NCBI RefSeq assembly: GCF_964021855.1
Contig: NZ_CAXHZD010000006.1
Location: 18,213-82,212, forward strand
Direction: 5' to 3'
DNA from: an uncultured Sulfitobacter sp.
GTDB lineage: Bacteria > Pseudomonadota > Alphaproteobacteria > Rhodobacterales > Rhodobacteraceae
Length of the DNA: 64,000 nt
Shown: positions 24,001 through 26,431 of the stretch, piece by piece
How positions within the stretch are numbered: position 1 is the first letter of the stretch
How the letters are laid out: each line of letters starts with the position of its first letter
Notes under the pieces: model-generated
Databases searched by the model: none
Seen by the model: the letters and a program-made list of their open reading frames with translations, nothing else
Told to the model about the DNA's origin: nothing
Position numbers and translations under genes: made by a program

Positions 24001-24451
24001 CGGCACCCGTGCAAATGATCTGATTGATGGCGAAGACGGCAACGACCGGATTTACAGCTACGGAGGCTCGGATATTGTGTTCGGTGGGGCAGGGAACGAC
24101 CGCCTGTACGTGTCAGGGTATAACAACATCGTCGTTGGCGGCGCGGGCCACGATTACATCTCGGGTCACCGCAAGTCTTACAACCATTTCGCCTTTGGTG
24201 ATCGCTATGGCCGCTACACCCCGTCAGGTCACGGCTATGGCCACTTTGGTAACTACTGCCACTGGTCCCACCGTTCGAATACATATGTCCATGGTGATCT
24301 GGACGACGCGTTGCGCACCATGGTGACGCAGCAGTTCCTAACGGCGTTTGCCCATGATTTTGCCCGCGCGGATTTCACATTTGATGTGCTCGGAACCAGT
24401 TCCTTGCGGTTCGCGCTGACGCCTTTTGTGACGTCAATCTCTGCCCCGTGA
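2..24451 (+). CDS. Giant secreted repeat protein (more than 8,138 aa inside the window, 5' end probably outside it): Ig-like/beta-sandwich repeats, Calx-beta-like modules, RTX-type GGxGxD Ca-binding repeats, CBM-like modules; T1SS-substrate-like adhesin
   Basis: This is a single uninterrupted ORF. The same frame is also open from nt 2 to the ATG at 35, and no Shine-Dalgarno (SD) sequence precedes 35, so the gene likely starts upstream of the window. Motifs seen: GGNGADIIFGGAGADAINGGNGADQIDSGAGDDSVDGGAGADLIF (nt 9401-9589); Calx-beta-like strands ANIADNDEAGIIVF, VEVIDNDSAKVLVF, LKLLDDDAPTVEI, VMAIDDEIIDGGD (nt ~12860-15960); C-terminal GNDRNNAIAGNGGNDHIKGVSGSNFLDGGDGHDHIDGGSG...GGAGNDRLYV...GGAGHDYISG (nt 23771-24165). 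Confidence 0.95.
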   Translation, partial: TDQTDANSVSTMVVYSSVFTVADIPETQTSGLSLNVGPVTIEAPSVGLDKLAFKDGRLILTIAIGADRAALAFGSTTPAGGTPSNTGGTSVVINGLLVKFDVGIDVLATITGGEPDIGFTGKWEVTADSLLGTIPEVLTFEAYAIKIGYDPDYDASKAPAEVLSDAGQKLVEIGTVKVTFPRFGLTGLITGDVTTPGLIVYENGFSLKTAQLIYSSLSSNPQSATRTDGQTGTIKFGSLLEFVDLRIGVTDFRVVFGQAVTFDGSIFVASGGAKFAPGKPVSADIRDRTTAELTDTVGAPDTEAIRLGLTFTDGRVDGFIWRMDTFRITLGPNLVLTGVDLNLDTGAANDEELISFAAIGAELTVGSVTLMGEARQFAFLGDGSFVTKRGFGVFIGVGSATGATFKWPAWLPIRITEIGVQWADIQAAPEKFVLTLSATITGLQGNPGLKFEGTVKGIQIDVGLLLDGKNPIIGIEALGVSVSGNLFGGQIEGTLIGGIINVDASGNEVPTLDTTTVVADRVFFVGVEAGYAFAGLSGFTIRFAMSELGPLGVLVTAQIPGGILLEPISGLTINNFTGGVDFFTSLPDITTPGELTGPAFQLPANVSVDGWLDMVRGQVLTQYRLMQANPSQSGFAAAFQAPMVFFNDTATTEIYTSELTFNGQVTIKISTDGKILVIGQLNFAADNLSLSARLYANLSKIAAGEATILFLAKIPDQVDIITIEGSLRFGFQTLLGDDVEIEIVQDRAANPTQELAGPGAGTEIGASAINGAGYIDVTFEDLGTAVLDKASVLDLAPELIITTAGVVLDDTLAPVHLTGTTYRFWVIGTATSPISYQYVNQGWSYLNEQTGEVLYSTVVNESSSAVGTATVVTGPWIDIRFIPEIGAELTAANMQAIAAGGAPFVLRNQAGEVVELKTTGEANDKRVIVGKDVIRYFLADTSLPLGKYTVTFTDGAWNRDGLANIATASQSFEIVSPSASIVGPFAKTETGYTADVNVLNSGAKQLIISFRAPSGNALNYASILDSLAEFTMTTPSGGSVTVGDPAAVRMVMGSNGAVTYEVISDAGMTQAEYYEYLTSEGITQFQYTLTGLTYAPGVYEISFDANAFRDAAGNQSIATATPIELVAEGATATLVNPGEGASIDVNRLGARSYIDIQFPTVPTDFTGYDHRSIIDAAPEFTLSGAGLNTIALDPAQAPTRIGENTYRYWLTGDFADGAETTSITVTAIAGAWSYTKAAADITVTGTVIDGVLQIGEVDAVTGIQNPLTLTGIFGAPPSGYVFDIESILDAGAEFTVTAPNGESYTAELVTTTDVVRADDGTGSDSAVQYQYAILLTGTVETTEAVTLTFGADLISYKSTSVETLTLVGANGGTGAINNYASYIDILITPATGDAAPDFAAGDLSKLTLTVGGAAGPAVVSLLDMGNGVTRVFLDGAVAVGDAVLTIAKDAFGADGAKNRALALNFHIAGAQGTIQNPGPDGTIGIGTLNGRGYVDLSFARPDGGLRIGSIIDLAPEFEFIGGNVTIAFDDTQAPEWLNPDDPTIDPDTITEDYRFRYWTTGTYTPGTTINRIASIDGEATVLRNDGTAADNAGTAGFVATTLDTSWIDIRFTPTFGDQIEFDTLGDEITVTGATLSGDAMRIGDGLTVRYFISGNVAAGSVNVTINAGTFSSGANAGEGSETSFQVLQLSGALADPVDGGVIGQLDLNNRGYIDVRFVKPSYAFEIDVASVLDLAPEVIFSATGGTITADLTQAPLYLGMDGDDAVFRIWYIGSFQGSDVADNVTVEFIGGSFNWLDTSGNTIDAVAANNSVELQVQSATSGFFLLLQLGTSELLDTGSFVNGAFTLTRADGSSLTVTGNTARAPPGQIELTITGGTSANPLVAGEFVTLSYGTDAWKYDDDIAIEAQATQTLSITSDLTNGYIDVTFAMLGDLTTNPLFALNIATLNGDEFTLSGAGSSVNILAIAPDDMGNGTYRYYTTGAFNTGTVFVKFEAGTWADLAGNTGAESTESFKVIDRVADGSAPADGDTSSRIFYIEIAGGIRYNVPGISDPLLEERGMARLTFGTYTDPDRGDVFRFTLKFSGTAKVYKLGNIGSIAGSFTIEDGGDTGRPEFWGVAAVQTNLSALAAFGLHVNGNALLQINLSGQERTETISLEGISGDLLGSKITGANVNALVLNRTASLFAEEAVDTTVRQAFAVRDVALDENATIALTKRFDGGVYQWRITSGASTYYVDQDGDNTLSLSSEAREFTMPAGSFAFEVQGSIKLTIPGGNPDTDALAELSGGFYISITRDRAEVFALANVVVGPSDAPLIEGRAQGLFIVNYSGANDGIAGKLSLERTGGSEEDGGSQANNDFAGIDPTQFRLDVTISLQFNTTLALQEFTVPTSFLGLLPPDAEPTVKISAGLPNFSDPDDLSAAPSVYFIASLKGSLTLFDAITLNGSLTLTVSSTPEFINGVDAAGGERTTSTVRLTGVVNGNIAYIGSVFGTVDLKFESIAETVNGQTTLTAGLVGRAQLSLVGGLAIPGVALDAAVSFSLEINTYDETMPLVTFLNDEEYVLAGTVGNARYSDAAIDANGFKTGTIQIANGLYLKFNAEMSIQNIVKLNGNFELSISKATGVIVIEAELDVNARVVGVLDNLSLQGKLVLSEGGMIIYGSFGINAGINGILEFKGQATFGLNTFSSARVISVGGQNVTVGSGVKLVIQGSVEFVGFATAAGKTTIAILSDRTEISFDVVFGLGGLNVRAAGAAGLYYTGVNITGIAIALNVSIDANIARIIDISASGRLTLNTTGSVQRIGSFTLAANSFSLALTGDVQFLKTIKFNASFNVTILNNAWNVNFNANINFFGIATLAANGWFKSDGTFDVSLRGGVLLGSRGFGMEGSFYFNVFYKPVGGVDTIGFSGSASVSLYGLGINWGGASLSFGANIPIGNGGSVPIRVSASASVKIVFVRIRLNLNFTIGYLQLPEPIKLAEVDNGNLILNMGDGNGDRGIGEGAEDETYVIEQIAPGTIRVTYSGREQVFTGVNRITGYGGAGNDVILVREGVTADLLFNGGNGIDLVDYQGSGKATINQGEAVTDFGDQITIGRFAQAESVVHGANVTRVLAAGETPSLLGDRIVSHSNQSISIFGLGGDDFIQQLGAGSATIEGGNGADIIFGGAGADAINGGNGADQIDSGAGDDSVDGGAGADLIFRTLGAAGILTVNGSGSEDTLYVTGSSRADTARLSRGSVVIRNVDNTRGATITGGVGTVQIQLLGGQDTIIVNDISGQGVSRLIIEDDLAVEGPGYTGSAASREGTTDNNADIVIINGTAAADTFALVQDDVDGTDIKVNATWNGATAVAIVLNDFRRDAGDKLFINAGGAGDVIDAHALTQNTVALELNGDAGNDTIIGSQYNDVIDGGADNDTITGGEGFDIFRDGGNTSVGDTLIETFTAYDFGLFEDRFVVGTLSGTSGDVWTAATVENINGIFENVILTGGNGVANRMVVNDLNRQIRVAGSVVSVAAFDGTVTLDAKSEGTPETYHINAPKGSDFVVNINDTGIGFATVRFDGSDDADLIIVNDDTLAVTGAATVTITHINTNQVNLNTAGGGDEITVQSTDIPLYIRSGLGDDTIRIGNAGSLTEIDALVDLDAYDVFGGGTSPIDRGSDTLLIDGSNDAHTSAGTLGLRNLAALEGWIDVTGFNLSAAGISYIAVENIEIDLGAGANIATITSTGLADKTTLRTGGGVDTVNLYAMNGPTFIETGTGVDSVVVGKPVMTTPVTTFTVNDILFGQLTINGGSEALAANEGNDTLRVSDNGDSAVDRGNRLTADEIIGLGMTVGIKYAGFETLVLETSNGNNELHVDGTHAGLTKIDMGDETVSPTDDSSNDVLNIERLGGPTEIKLGQGNDIVRVNYDEYGQQTFVNGLQSGSLSVTYVLELDGEQGSDFYQIGLAGEGTALIRLLDSGLPDQGADSAEINGTNRADLFLFRANLNPAVATGVVAALQLDANGDQIAGILERVEYNGALEGDIQVNGRDGDDIFVLDDTLATFNIFGDAGNDTFQVGQLFASARDASNPYNGLDGIDYYATTQVTLGFLSNGISKNATLNGGTGQDNFTVYSNKAELFLFGDEDDDSFLVRSFVRVDPNDPAAPYTNINGGQGADFVSYNINAPVRIDGGDGFDTLTIVGSEFGDDYVITENGVFGGGLFVSFVGLEKLVVDALQGNDTFYIESTNENVQVEIIGGIGSDNINIAGADLNAITEGGAITVVSNSLNGHNGLIQTIVSSNDARYNAIFAKDVVANIADNDEAGIIVFNDYDALRVFEDALTSPLLIHNSYGIALSRAPEDIVTITITPTRGTESSQAAGGKGVMVNGSEIYTTLTFDASNWDQVQYVTVTGVNDALAEGRQVINLRHTTVQGTISTDEQAYDGVVVADVLVEVIDNDSAKVLVFSRLEAGSTVDTIDADVVGEDVLLTANGDSIYVALSRAPTGPVTVTFNVNDGATVSFSGPSGTQSGSSVTIGFDSSNWNTPRLLQLAANDDNAPEGVHYTRVTPVITSGQDAFLGLGQGDIARGLAANINADISQTRNAVALYRSADIQIFRGTQNATISEVWTVTINGEEYSATFGAGATSLTVAQGLRDAIRFDARKPEGLTAVVISGVLRVEDTAGFSIDAKVQTPFYNNGFEIEATANTTMRVFIDGQAFELETLAPAGATMPVVGQRALEVAVVTLTSSVSDGTRNAAGGIVIGATWNIVLDDLTVSATAVTGDTLQSIVRRLIGKLAGSDYAASELYRSATIVPSIVGGITADATWNILLDGQLVTYTSVAADVPNGIYGIGEKIAEQITALNQNYVVSVRTGGAITVSRPLGNPFSIVSVSSNGVTDLVAAGANSIAPPQVVENAIVIFKRPEAAGVPPFGLQVVRLSNPAAPTSQNGASSSPLRVLSSTYWDYTSVSIAPITGVIAQGTTWGLRLSAADIAQGADAAILENYDYVAGQNNEQLAPSAFDLKLLDDDAPTVEIIESGNSTDLAEREEEDARVVDSFDVVLTGALTGNKWVIVDVTPLKTRTYNGDLAFDASANFGEANRVQVRVAAPIAELSFTGSAVAGEVWSVALYDDSTYQATILIVNYTVQASDQLSDIRGGLITQINAQAGYQAVLAGDAIKITRAGVTPTPRFFVEATITPDTRGTILTRTVPDFNFDNVLEIEFAGIPAVGETWDVTFVGKLYSQTVAAGDSLATLAAKLAASIQADDDARIAAGGARLYDVSVDGTVVSVQVLADKRATLAASGEITPVGTALADSDGAMVLRQYVKFDAGNWNVAQTITVMAIDDEIIDGGDAKVFAAFDERVNSIRGPISVIGGVSPTAVELNNPILLPGESNEKLPSGTADSIETTDGVTTVTDHALTHVNKLYGERPGFDPRINGTATIYDIATMGITGTSDRVDILSSAQDILSFASGTKIGEGTPFSVNLTVDGNDATVTGAAEVFGTPDQSAAVLGMLDWLEATVDLTAGATTGLYQITLSPTAGSTVGQEVFSYTTTAGNNFAGTIALELAKAINQSSTQFRARAVVNLVGETRLRIVEVGDATGGFDIGVVTPADAKVIIGGTPVAGQYAQAGVKWTMAAIRVLDTTAGATWTLSVDGTVRSALSTGDAASITQTLANKLPGSLRPVVSGSFATIAAALPANFATGSDRLYSYAPVNANLRVDEAEQVDTLTIFNGQSPAADVGVLTSTRLSGLGMGDDVVIAGKRILGGITYSGIEALDIRLGRNGDVLTIESTHEGKTRIDTGNGDDVVNVKSTSGHTFITTGQGNDIVNVGSDRGVLDQITGMLVLDMGDDAGDRLNLDDSLDVKANVMTLTGSRLTGLDMPSVAEIQQINVRAIGGTFTLSFAGSVGIATLGAFDYDAMSVSAIAAAAQSAREQIAAITGYDVTVEIIQTKNGIAYLVEFGGLAGGLDVAMLSVESTANLVAAPDTTTDVNVVEVRVGTTTPRRDNVEVLRLSADSGTFTLSFLVPDVNGIVRLQTTEAIAWDATEAQILAALDPILNPNNGYDFLPYTHNVDVDRLGGAIYLTFQGALADARIASIDTRGLGGTYTQTDISIATPVVGGIWTVTVSDLVTPTQIAGLPAAQSVFSYTAVAGDTAQTIARALADLIAAAQGPHLVTDAVDGVLTIISGSANPITVNVTGALGAAGQQTNRIATTLQKDGIGYHNVEFLDLTLGSNDDVLNIQGTTAHTTLHLGEGDERIYVSSEAAETLTSDTRFLTGHLNGITGLLNIDAGTGRHQLMISDEAAILGDGTSDQPAVITDNRAKAQAAASARGIDDTFSTVTDIYVVGIAPAAIGYTADAQGNFLSGVTYWTGFGDDTIFIDASHIRDIPGAQTVTSLNTGLGNDTVIITLDAGDGFFALNTQGPYNQYADVRDADTVTSPGTTRPLVIFGGQDNDKIDTGSVDDIVFGDRGVLEYLDETGAVSLRLGTGGLTDVTDGVARAPTSFKSTFLNVGGVDTINTFTGTDIIIGGQAGDVIDAGQGDNIVIGDNGEVLLATEAPNFGTFRYALISAFTVDATTGGDDIIRTGYGADLILGGFGNDTITANVGETATQSDAVNLILGDFGAAFWNDDGDLSTLDRVVSTDTFVGGNDTIRTGRSSDIIIGGDANDDIDASQGVNLVIGDSGEILSGAAATNIHAFGLALQTIRTIEDTRGGVDIIRTGDDTDIILGGQAGDDIDAAQGNNIVLGDNGYVIFETDAPNFGNLAIALVEISTTSPTTGGNDVIRTGFGADLIMGGGADDTITANVGETATQSDAINLIFGDFGAAFWNIDGNLATLDLVTSIDTAFGGRDIINTGRGDDIVLGGYERDEIYASEGANIVLGDSGLLESGASETNVPGFGLALRTLKSIADALGDDDKIATGASTDLIFGGNGNDMIDAGQGDNIVLGDNGTALFDSTVTNFGNLPIAILSVTTQSPTIGGNDMITTGLGNDIVFGGAKNDNIVTDFAGGFAGTDGQDIVLGDHGFINFVNPVTGAYTFLRDVVSIDPEFGGNDVISTGLSTDIIFGGNGDDVINAGTVDNETDIVFGDNAKITVNETGVFTGSTAADPSGQEYGVISFNFGNGRYRHDTTVDGVAGADGSASDKPAPKAEGWNELDGGRGTYGDDAAEFVRDESGVIMSGVTIDWSVRDYKGRIRSAYDDTHSDIRYPDTADERLFEGYLYAGHNDTLVVTLSGLDRHYETFDLYLYLDGDDGKTKRRYGTVRQVTIGSESYFVSDPDNVNFDGSLIRVTSQDPNAPGLGNYVVATGLSGGEITIEISIPSNQRYGYPVLSGLQIVGQSYKIDTFETVADSIGGNDVILTGGGEDIILGGAGGDMINSAGDADMGRFDADTVIGDGGILTFLRTGGVGPAEFGELREIVSRNGDAGPNYNDVIVTGNGTDRVIGGQGDDNINTGDIFVHNGVDDATSGTDVIAWGMNFGAQVNEGWVDGEAGYVAGGSWVNFVDQGNFTKTYSETHGWGRHYHTHTYHKPVASMLTADGIRVTVGQDLESKHGRDAYVQDHDQINADTQNGSLFNGYIYAKHKSELGVDVSGLSNIYGTGSYDVYLYIDAEDRDAARNGGYRLVSTNGDIISLNDPRGANFTGEFIEYDPSNPSLPANVVVFRGITGDAFELRINSGGYYKYGKWCWYDHDTPSIAGFQIVGGADKDNVVQQGDWDTDLVLGDQGFMRVFDDAVFEFASMTGAPGTSNDTILGGIDGDVLIGGDGNDTIRGEDGDDRIVGDNAHVIIIGGNIVGLDRFYDNNRKEYHHSELDKLDPYTVVGLQLIDVTVGGNDVIEGGGDNDWAWGGTGDDTYVFAGYDLGTDRLVESDVVAGGHGSKHYGHGTTPEGLLNDTGDALDFSGFEGPINLDLGSDRRQVMPGAHAHGKYGHAHATLSIKLSSAGGFEDVSGSNYSDVIKGNDRNNAIAGNGGNDHIKGVSGSNFLDGGDGHDHIDGGSGRFEDRREHRYGDLASQVIMGGAGDDLIHGTRANDLIDGEDGNDRIYSYGGSDIVFGGAGNDRLYVSGYNNIVVGGAGHDYISGHRKSYNHFAFGDRYGRYTPSGHGYGHFGNYCHWSHRSNTYVHGDLDDALRTMVTQQFLTAFAHDFARADFTFDVLGTSSLRFALTPFVTSISAP
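2318..5800 (+). repeat. Intragenic array of beta-sandwich (Ig-like) units, each opening with [GSP][YW][IV]D[IVL]x[FI]
   Basis: The motif occurs 8 times: GYIDVTF (~2318), PWIDIRF (~2621), SYIDIQF (~3455), SYIDILI (~4141), GYVDLSF (~4474), SWIDIRF (~4813), GYIDVRF (~5131), GYIDVTF (~5764). Most copies are followed by LDLAPE[FLV] and later Y/FR[FY]W..G. Confidence 0.6.
9401..9589 (+). repeat. Internal RTX-type nonapeptide (GGxGxDxUx) block, about 6 repeats
   Basis: Translation is LGGDDFIQQLGAGSATIEGGNGADIIFGGAGADAINGGNGADQIDSGAGDDSVDGGAGADLIF, with a 9-residue period that matches the hemolysin-type Ca-binding repeat consensus. Confidence 0.85.
19270..21215 (+). repeat. Diverged tandem super-repeat, period ~603-606 nt (~201 aa), about 3 copies plus a partial leading copy, built from xGxDxIxGGxGxDxI units
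   Basis: Anchor motif APNFGTFRYALISAFTVDATTGGDDIIRTGYGADL starts at nt 19591, APNFGNLAIALVEISTTSPTTGGNDVIRTGFGADL at 20191, and VTNFGNLPIAILSVTTQSPTIGGNDMITTGLGNDI at ~20799. The internal string NVGETATQSDA[VI]NLI[LF]GDFGAAFWN is repeated almost exactly. DNA identity between copies is clearly below 100% by eye, roughly three quarters. Confidence 0.8.
23771..24165 (+). repeat. C-terminal RTX-like Ca-binding repeat block of the giant protein
   Basis: Repeats seen: GSNYSDVIKGNDRNNAIAGNGGNDHIKGVSGSNFLDGGDGHDHIDGGSG...GGAGDDLIHGTRANDLIDGEDGNDRIYSYGGSDIVFGGAGNDRLYVSGYNNIVVGGAGHDYISG. A further block, GGIDGDVLIGGDGNDTIRGEDGDDRIVGDN, lies at ~23183-23275. Confidence 0.8.
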
Positions 24452-24582
24452 AATTTGGAGATCATCAAGCCTAAGATATTCAACCAAAATATTTTTTTAG
24501 ATGGGGAAATTGAATGCAGTTTTCTCTTACTTTTAAGTTACTATCGTTGGGATGACATGTCCTGACTTCTAGGAATTGCACT

Positions 24583-26427
24583 TTGACTGAACACACCACG
24601 GCCGCCGGATCTTCATCTACTTCTGATGAGTCTTTTTTGAACGCAGACACCTTAGACAAGCTGCGCAGCGGAACAGATATGGCGCAGGTCGCTGCGGCGT
24701 GGTTGTCAGCCTTTGCAAAGCAAACGCCGAGCATACAGCAGGGGCTTGTTGTTATGGCAGGCACGGGCAAAGCCAAGTTTGAACCGATTGCCATGTGGCC
24801 TGACGGTGCCAGCCCTGCACCTGAGCTTATGCGCGCGGTTGATGGCTGCCTAAAGGGCAAGCGCATGCTTGTTGAGACGGGTGCCAATGACAACGCTGCC
24901 ATCGCTGTTCCCCTGCTGATCGGGGGTCAGTTGCGCGGTGTGCTGGCCGTACTGGCTGACAATTCCGTCCAAACGGATTTGCGCCGCGTTGTTGAGCAGT
25001 TGCAATGGGCATCGGGCTGGATCGAGGCCGTTGTGCGGCGCCAACGGGTTAGCGGAAATGATAATCTGGTAACGGTGATTGAACTGCTCGCGACCAGCCT
25101 GCACCACACACGTTTTTCCGAAGCGGCCACCGCCGTCGCGACTGAATTGGCCGGTGCACTAGGCTGCGAACTGGTGGCCATCGGCATGATGCGGGGCAAG
25201 CACGTGCGCCTGCGGGCCTTGTCGAATAGCGCCACATTCGGCAAACGCGCGACGCTGGTAAGGCTGATCGAAGCTGCGATGGACGAAGCCGTCGATCAGC
25301 AGGCCGTGATCGCGCATCCACCGCTAGAAGGATCGCCCGCGCGGGTGCGTCGTGCGCATTCCGCACTGGCCGATCACGAGGGCGGGACCGGGCTGTGCAC
25401 GGTGCCCCTGACAGAACAGGGCAAAACAATCGGTGCCATGCTGCTCCAACGCAGCAGCAAAGACGGGTTCGACGCCGGTAGTATTCAAATCGCTGAACAG
25501 GCCGCCGTTCTGGTGGGGCCTGTCCTTGATCTCAAGCGCCGCGAGGATCGTTGGATTCCTGCTAAAATCTGGGATGCAACCAAGAACGTTTTCAAGATGC
25601 TGTTCGGCCCGCGCCATGCGCTTTTGAAGCTGGGGGTGATCACTGCAATCGCAGTGGCGGCCTTTTGTTGGTACGCGACAGGAACATATAGGATCACGGC
25701 AACCACAGTTGTCCAAGGCAAGGTTCAGCGGGTCGTCACAGCCCCGATTGCAGGGTATTTGGTTCAAGCCGAAACCCGGGCGGGTGATTTGGTCGCAGAG
25801 GGTCAGATTATGGCGCGCCTCGAAGACCGGGACATTCGCCTTGAACGGTTGAAATGGTTGGGCGACCGTACCAAGCAAGAGCAGGAATACAGTCAGGCCA
25901 TCGCACAGCGCGAGCGGACGAAGATGCGAATACTGGCCTCGCAAATTGAACAGTCGGACGCGCAGATTTCTTTGCTGGATCAACAGCTGGAACGGATGAC
26001 AATTCGCGCGCCGTTTGACGGGTTGGTGGTGTCCGGTGATCTAAGTCAAGCGCTTGGTGCGCCGCTGGAGCGCGGTGATGTGCTGTTTCAGGTGGCCCCG
26101 TTGAACGAATACCGGGTGACAATGCGTGTGGATGAACGCGACATTCGCGATATTGAGGCAGGCGATGCTGGCCCGTTGGTGCTCAGCTCCTTGCCTGACA
26201 CGCCTTACCGCGTGGCCGTGCAACGCATTACGCCGATTTCCAGCCCACTGAACGGCGCAAATGTCTTTGAGGTCGAGGCCTCGATAGAGGACGGTCCGAT
26301 TGCGGCATTGCGCCCCGGAATGGAGGGCGTTGCCAAGATTGAGGTCGATGAGCGGCGTCTGGTAAGTATCTGGACCCGAAGGCTTGTGCTTTGGGCCCGT
26401 ATGACCTTCTGGTCTTGGAAGCCTTAA
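24583..26427 (+). CDS. Membrane-fusion (HlyD-family) protein with two N-terminal cytoplasmic GAF-like domains and one TM helix
   Basis: A TTG start at 24583 is preceded by AGGAA with 6-nt spacing; the first ATG is at 24679. GAF-like segments include ...AIAVPLLIGGQLRGVLAVLAD and ...LCTVPLTEQGKTIGAMLLQRS. The TM helix is LLKLGVITAIAVAAFCWYA (~nt 25618-25680). The HlyD-like region reads VQRVVTAPIAGYLVQAETRAGDLVAEGQIMARLED, then a coiled coil, then MTIRAPFDGLVVSGD. Confidence 0.85.
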   Translation: MTEHTTAAGSSSTSDESFLNADTLDKLRSGTDMAQVAAAWLSAFAKQTPSIQQGLVVMAGTGKAKFEPIAMWPDGASPAPELMRAVDGCLKGKRMLVETGANDNAAIAVPLLIGGQLRGVLAVLADNSVQTDLRRVVEQLQWASGWIEAVVRRQRVSGNDNLVTVIELLATSLHHTRFSEAATAVATELAGALGCELVAIGMMRGKHVRLRALSNSATFGKRATLVRLIEAAMDEAVDQQAVIAHPPLEGSPARVRRAHSALADHEGGTGLCTVPLTEQGKTIGAMLLQRSSKDGFDAGSIQIAEQAAVLVGPVLDLKRREDRWIPAKIWDATKNVFKMLFGPRHALLKLGVITAIAVAAFCWYATGTYRITATTVVQGKVQRVVTAPIAGYLVQAETRAGDLVAEGQIMARLEDRDIRLERLKWLGDRTKQEQEYSQAIAQRERTKMRILASQIEQSDAQISLLDQQLERMTIRAPFDGLVVSGDLSQALGAPLERGDVLFQVAPLNEYRVTMRVDERDIRDIEAGDAGPLVLSSLPDTPYRVAVQRITPISSPLNGANVFEVEASIEDGPIAALRPGMEGVAKIEVDERRLVSIWTRRLVLWARMTFWSWKP

Positions 26428-26431
26428 GCGC

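Noticed and set aside
24514-24555. A 13-codon mini-ORF (MQFSLTFKLLSLG) upstream of the GAF-MFP gene, considered as a possible precursor peptide for the RRE-like S2P.
   Set aside because: It is too short, it has no leader/core features I can recognise, and its only support is a weak GGGGA upstream. I kept it as a note inside the junction finding only.
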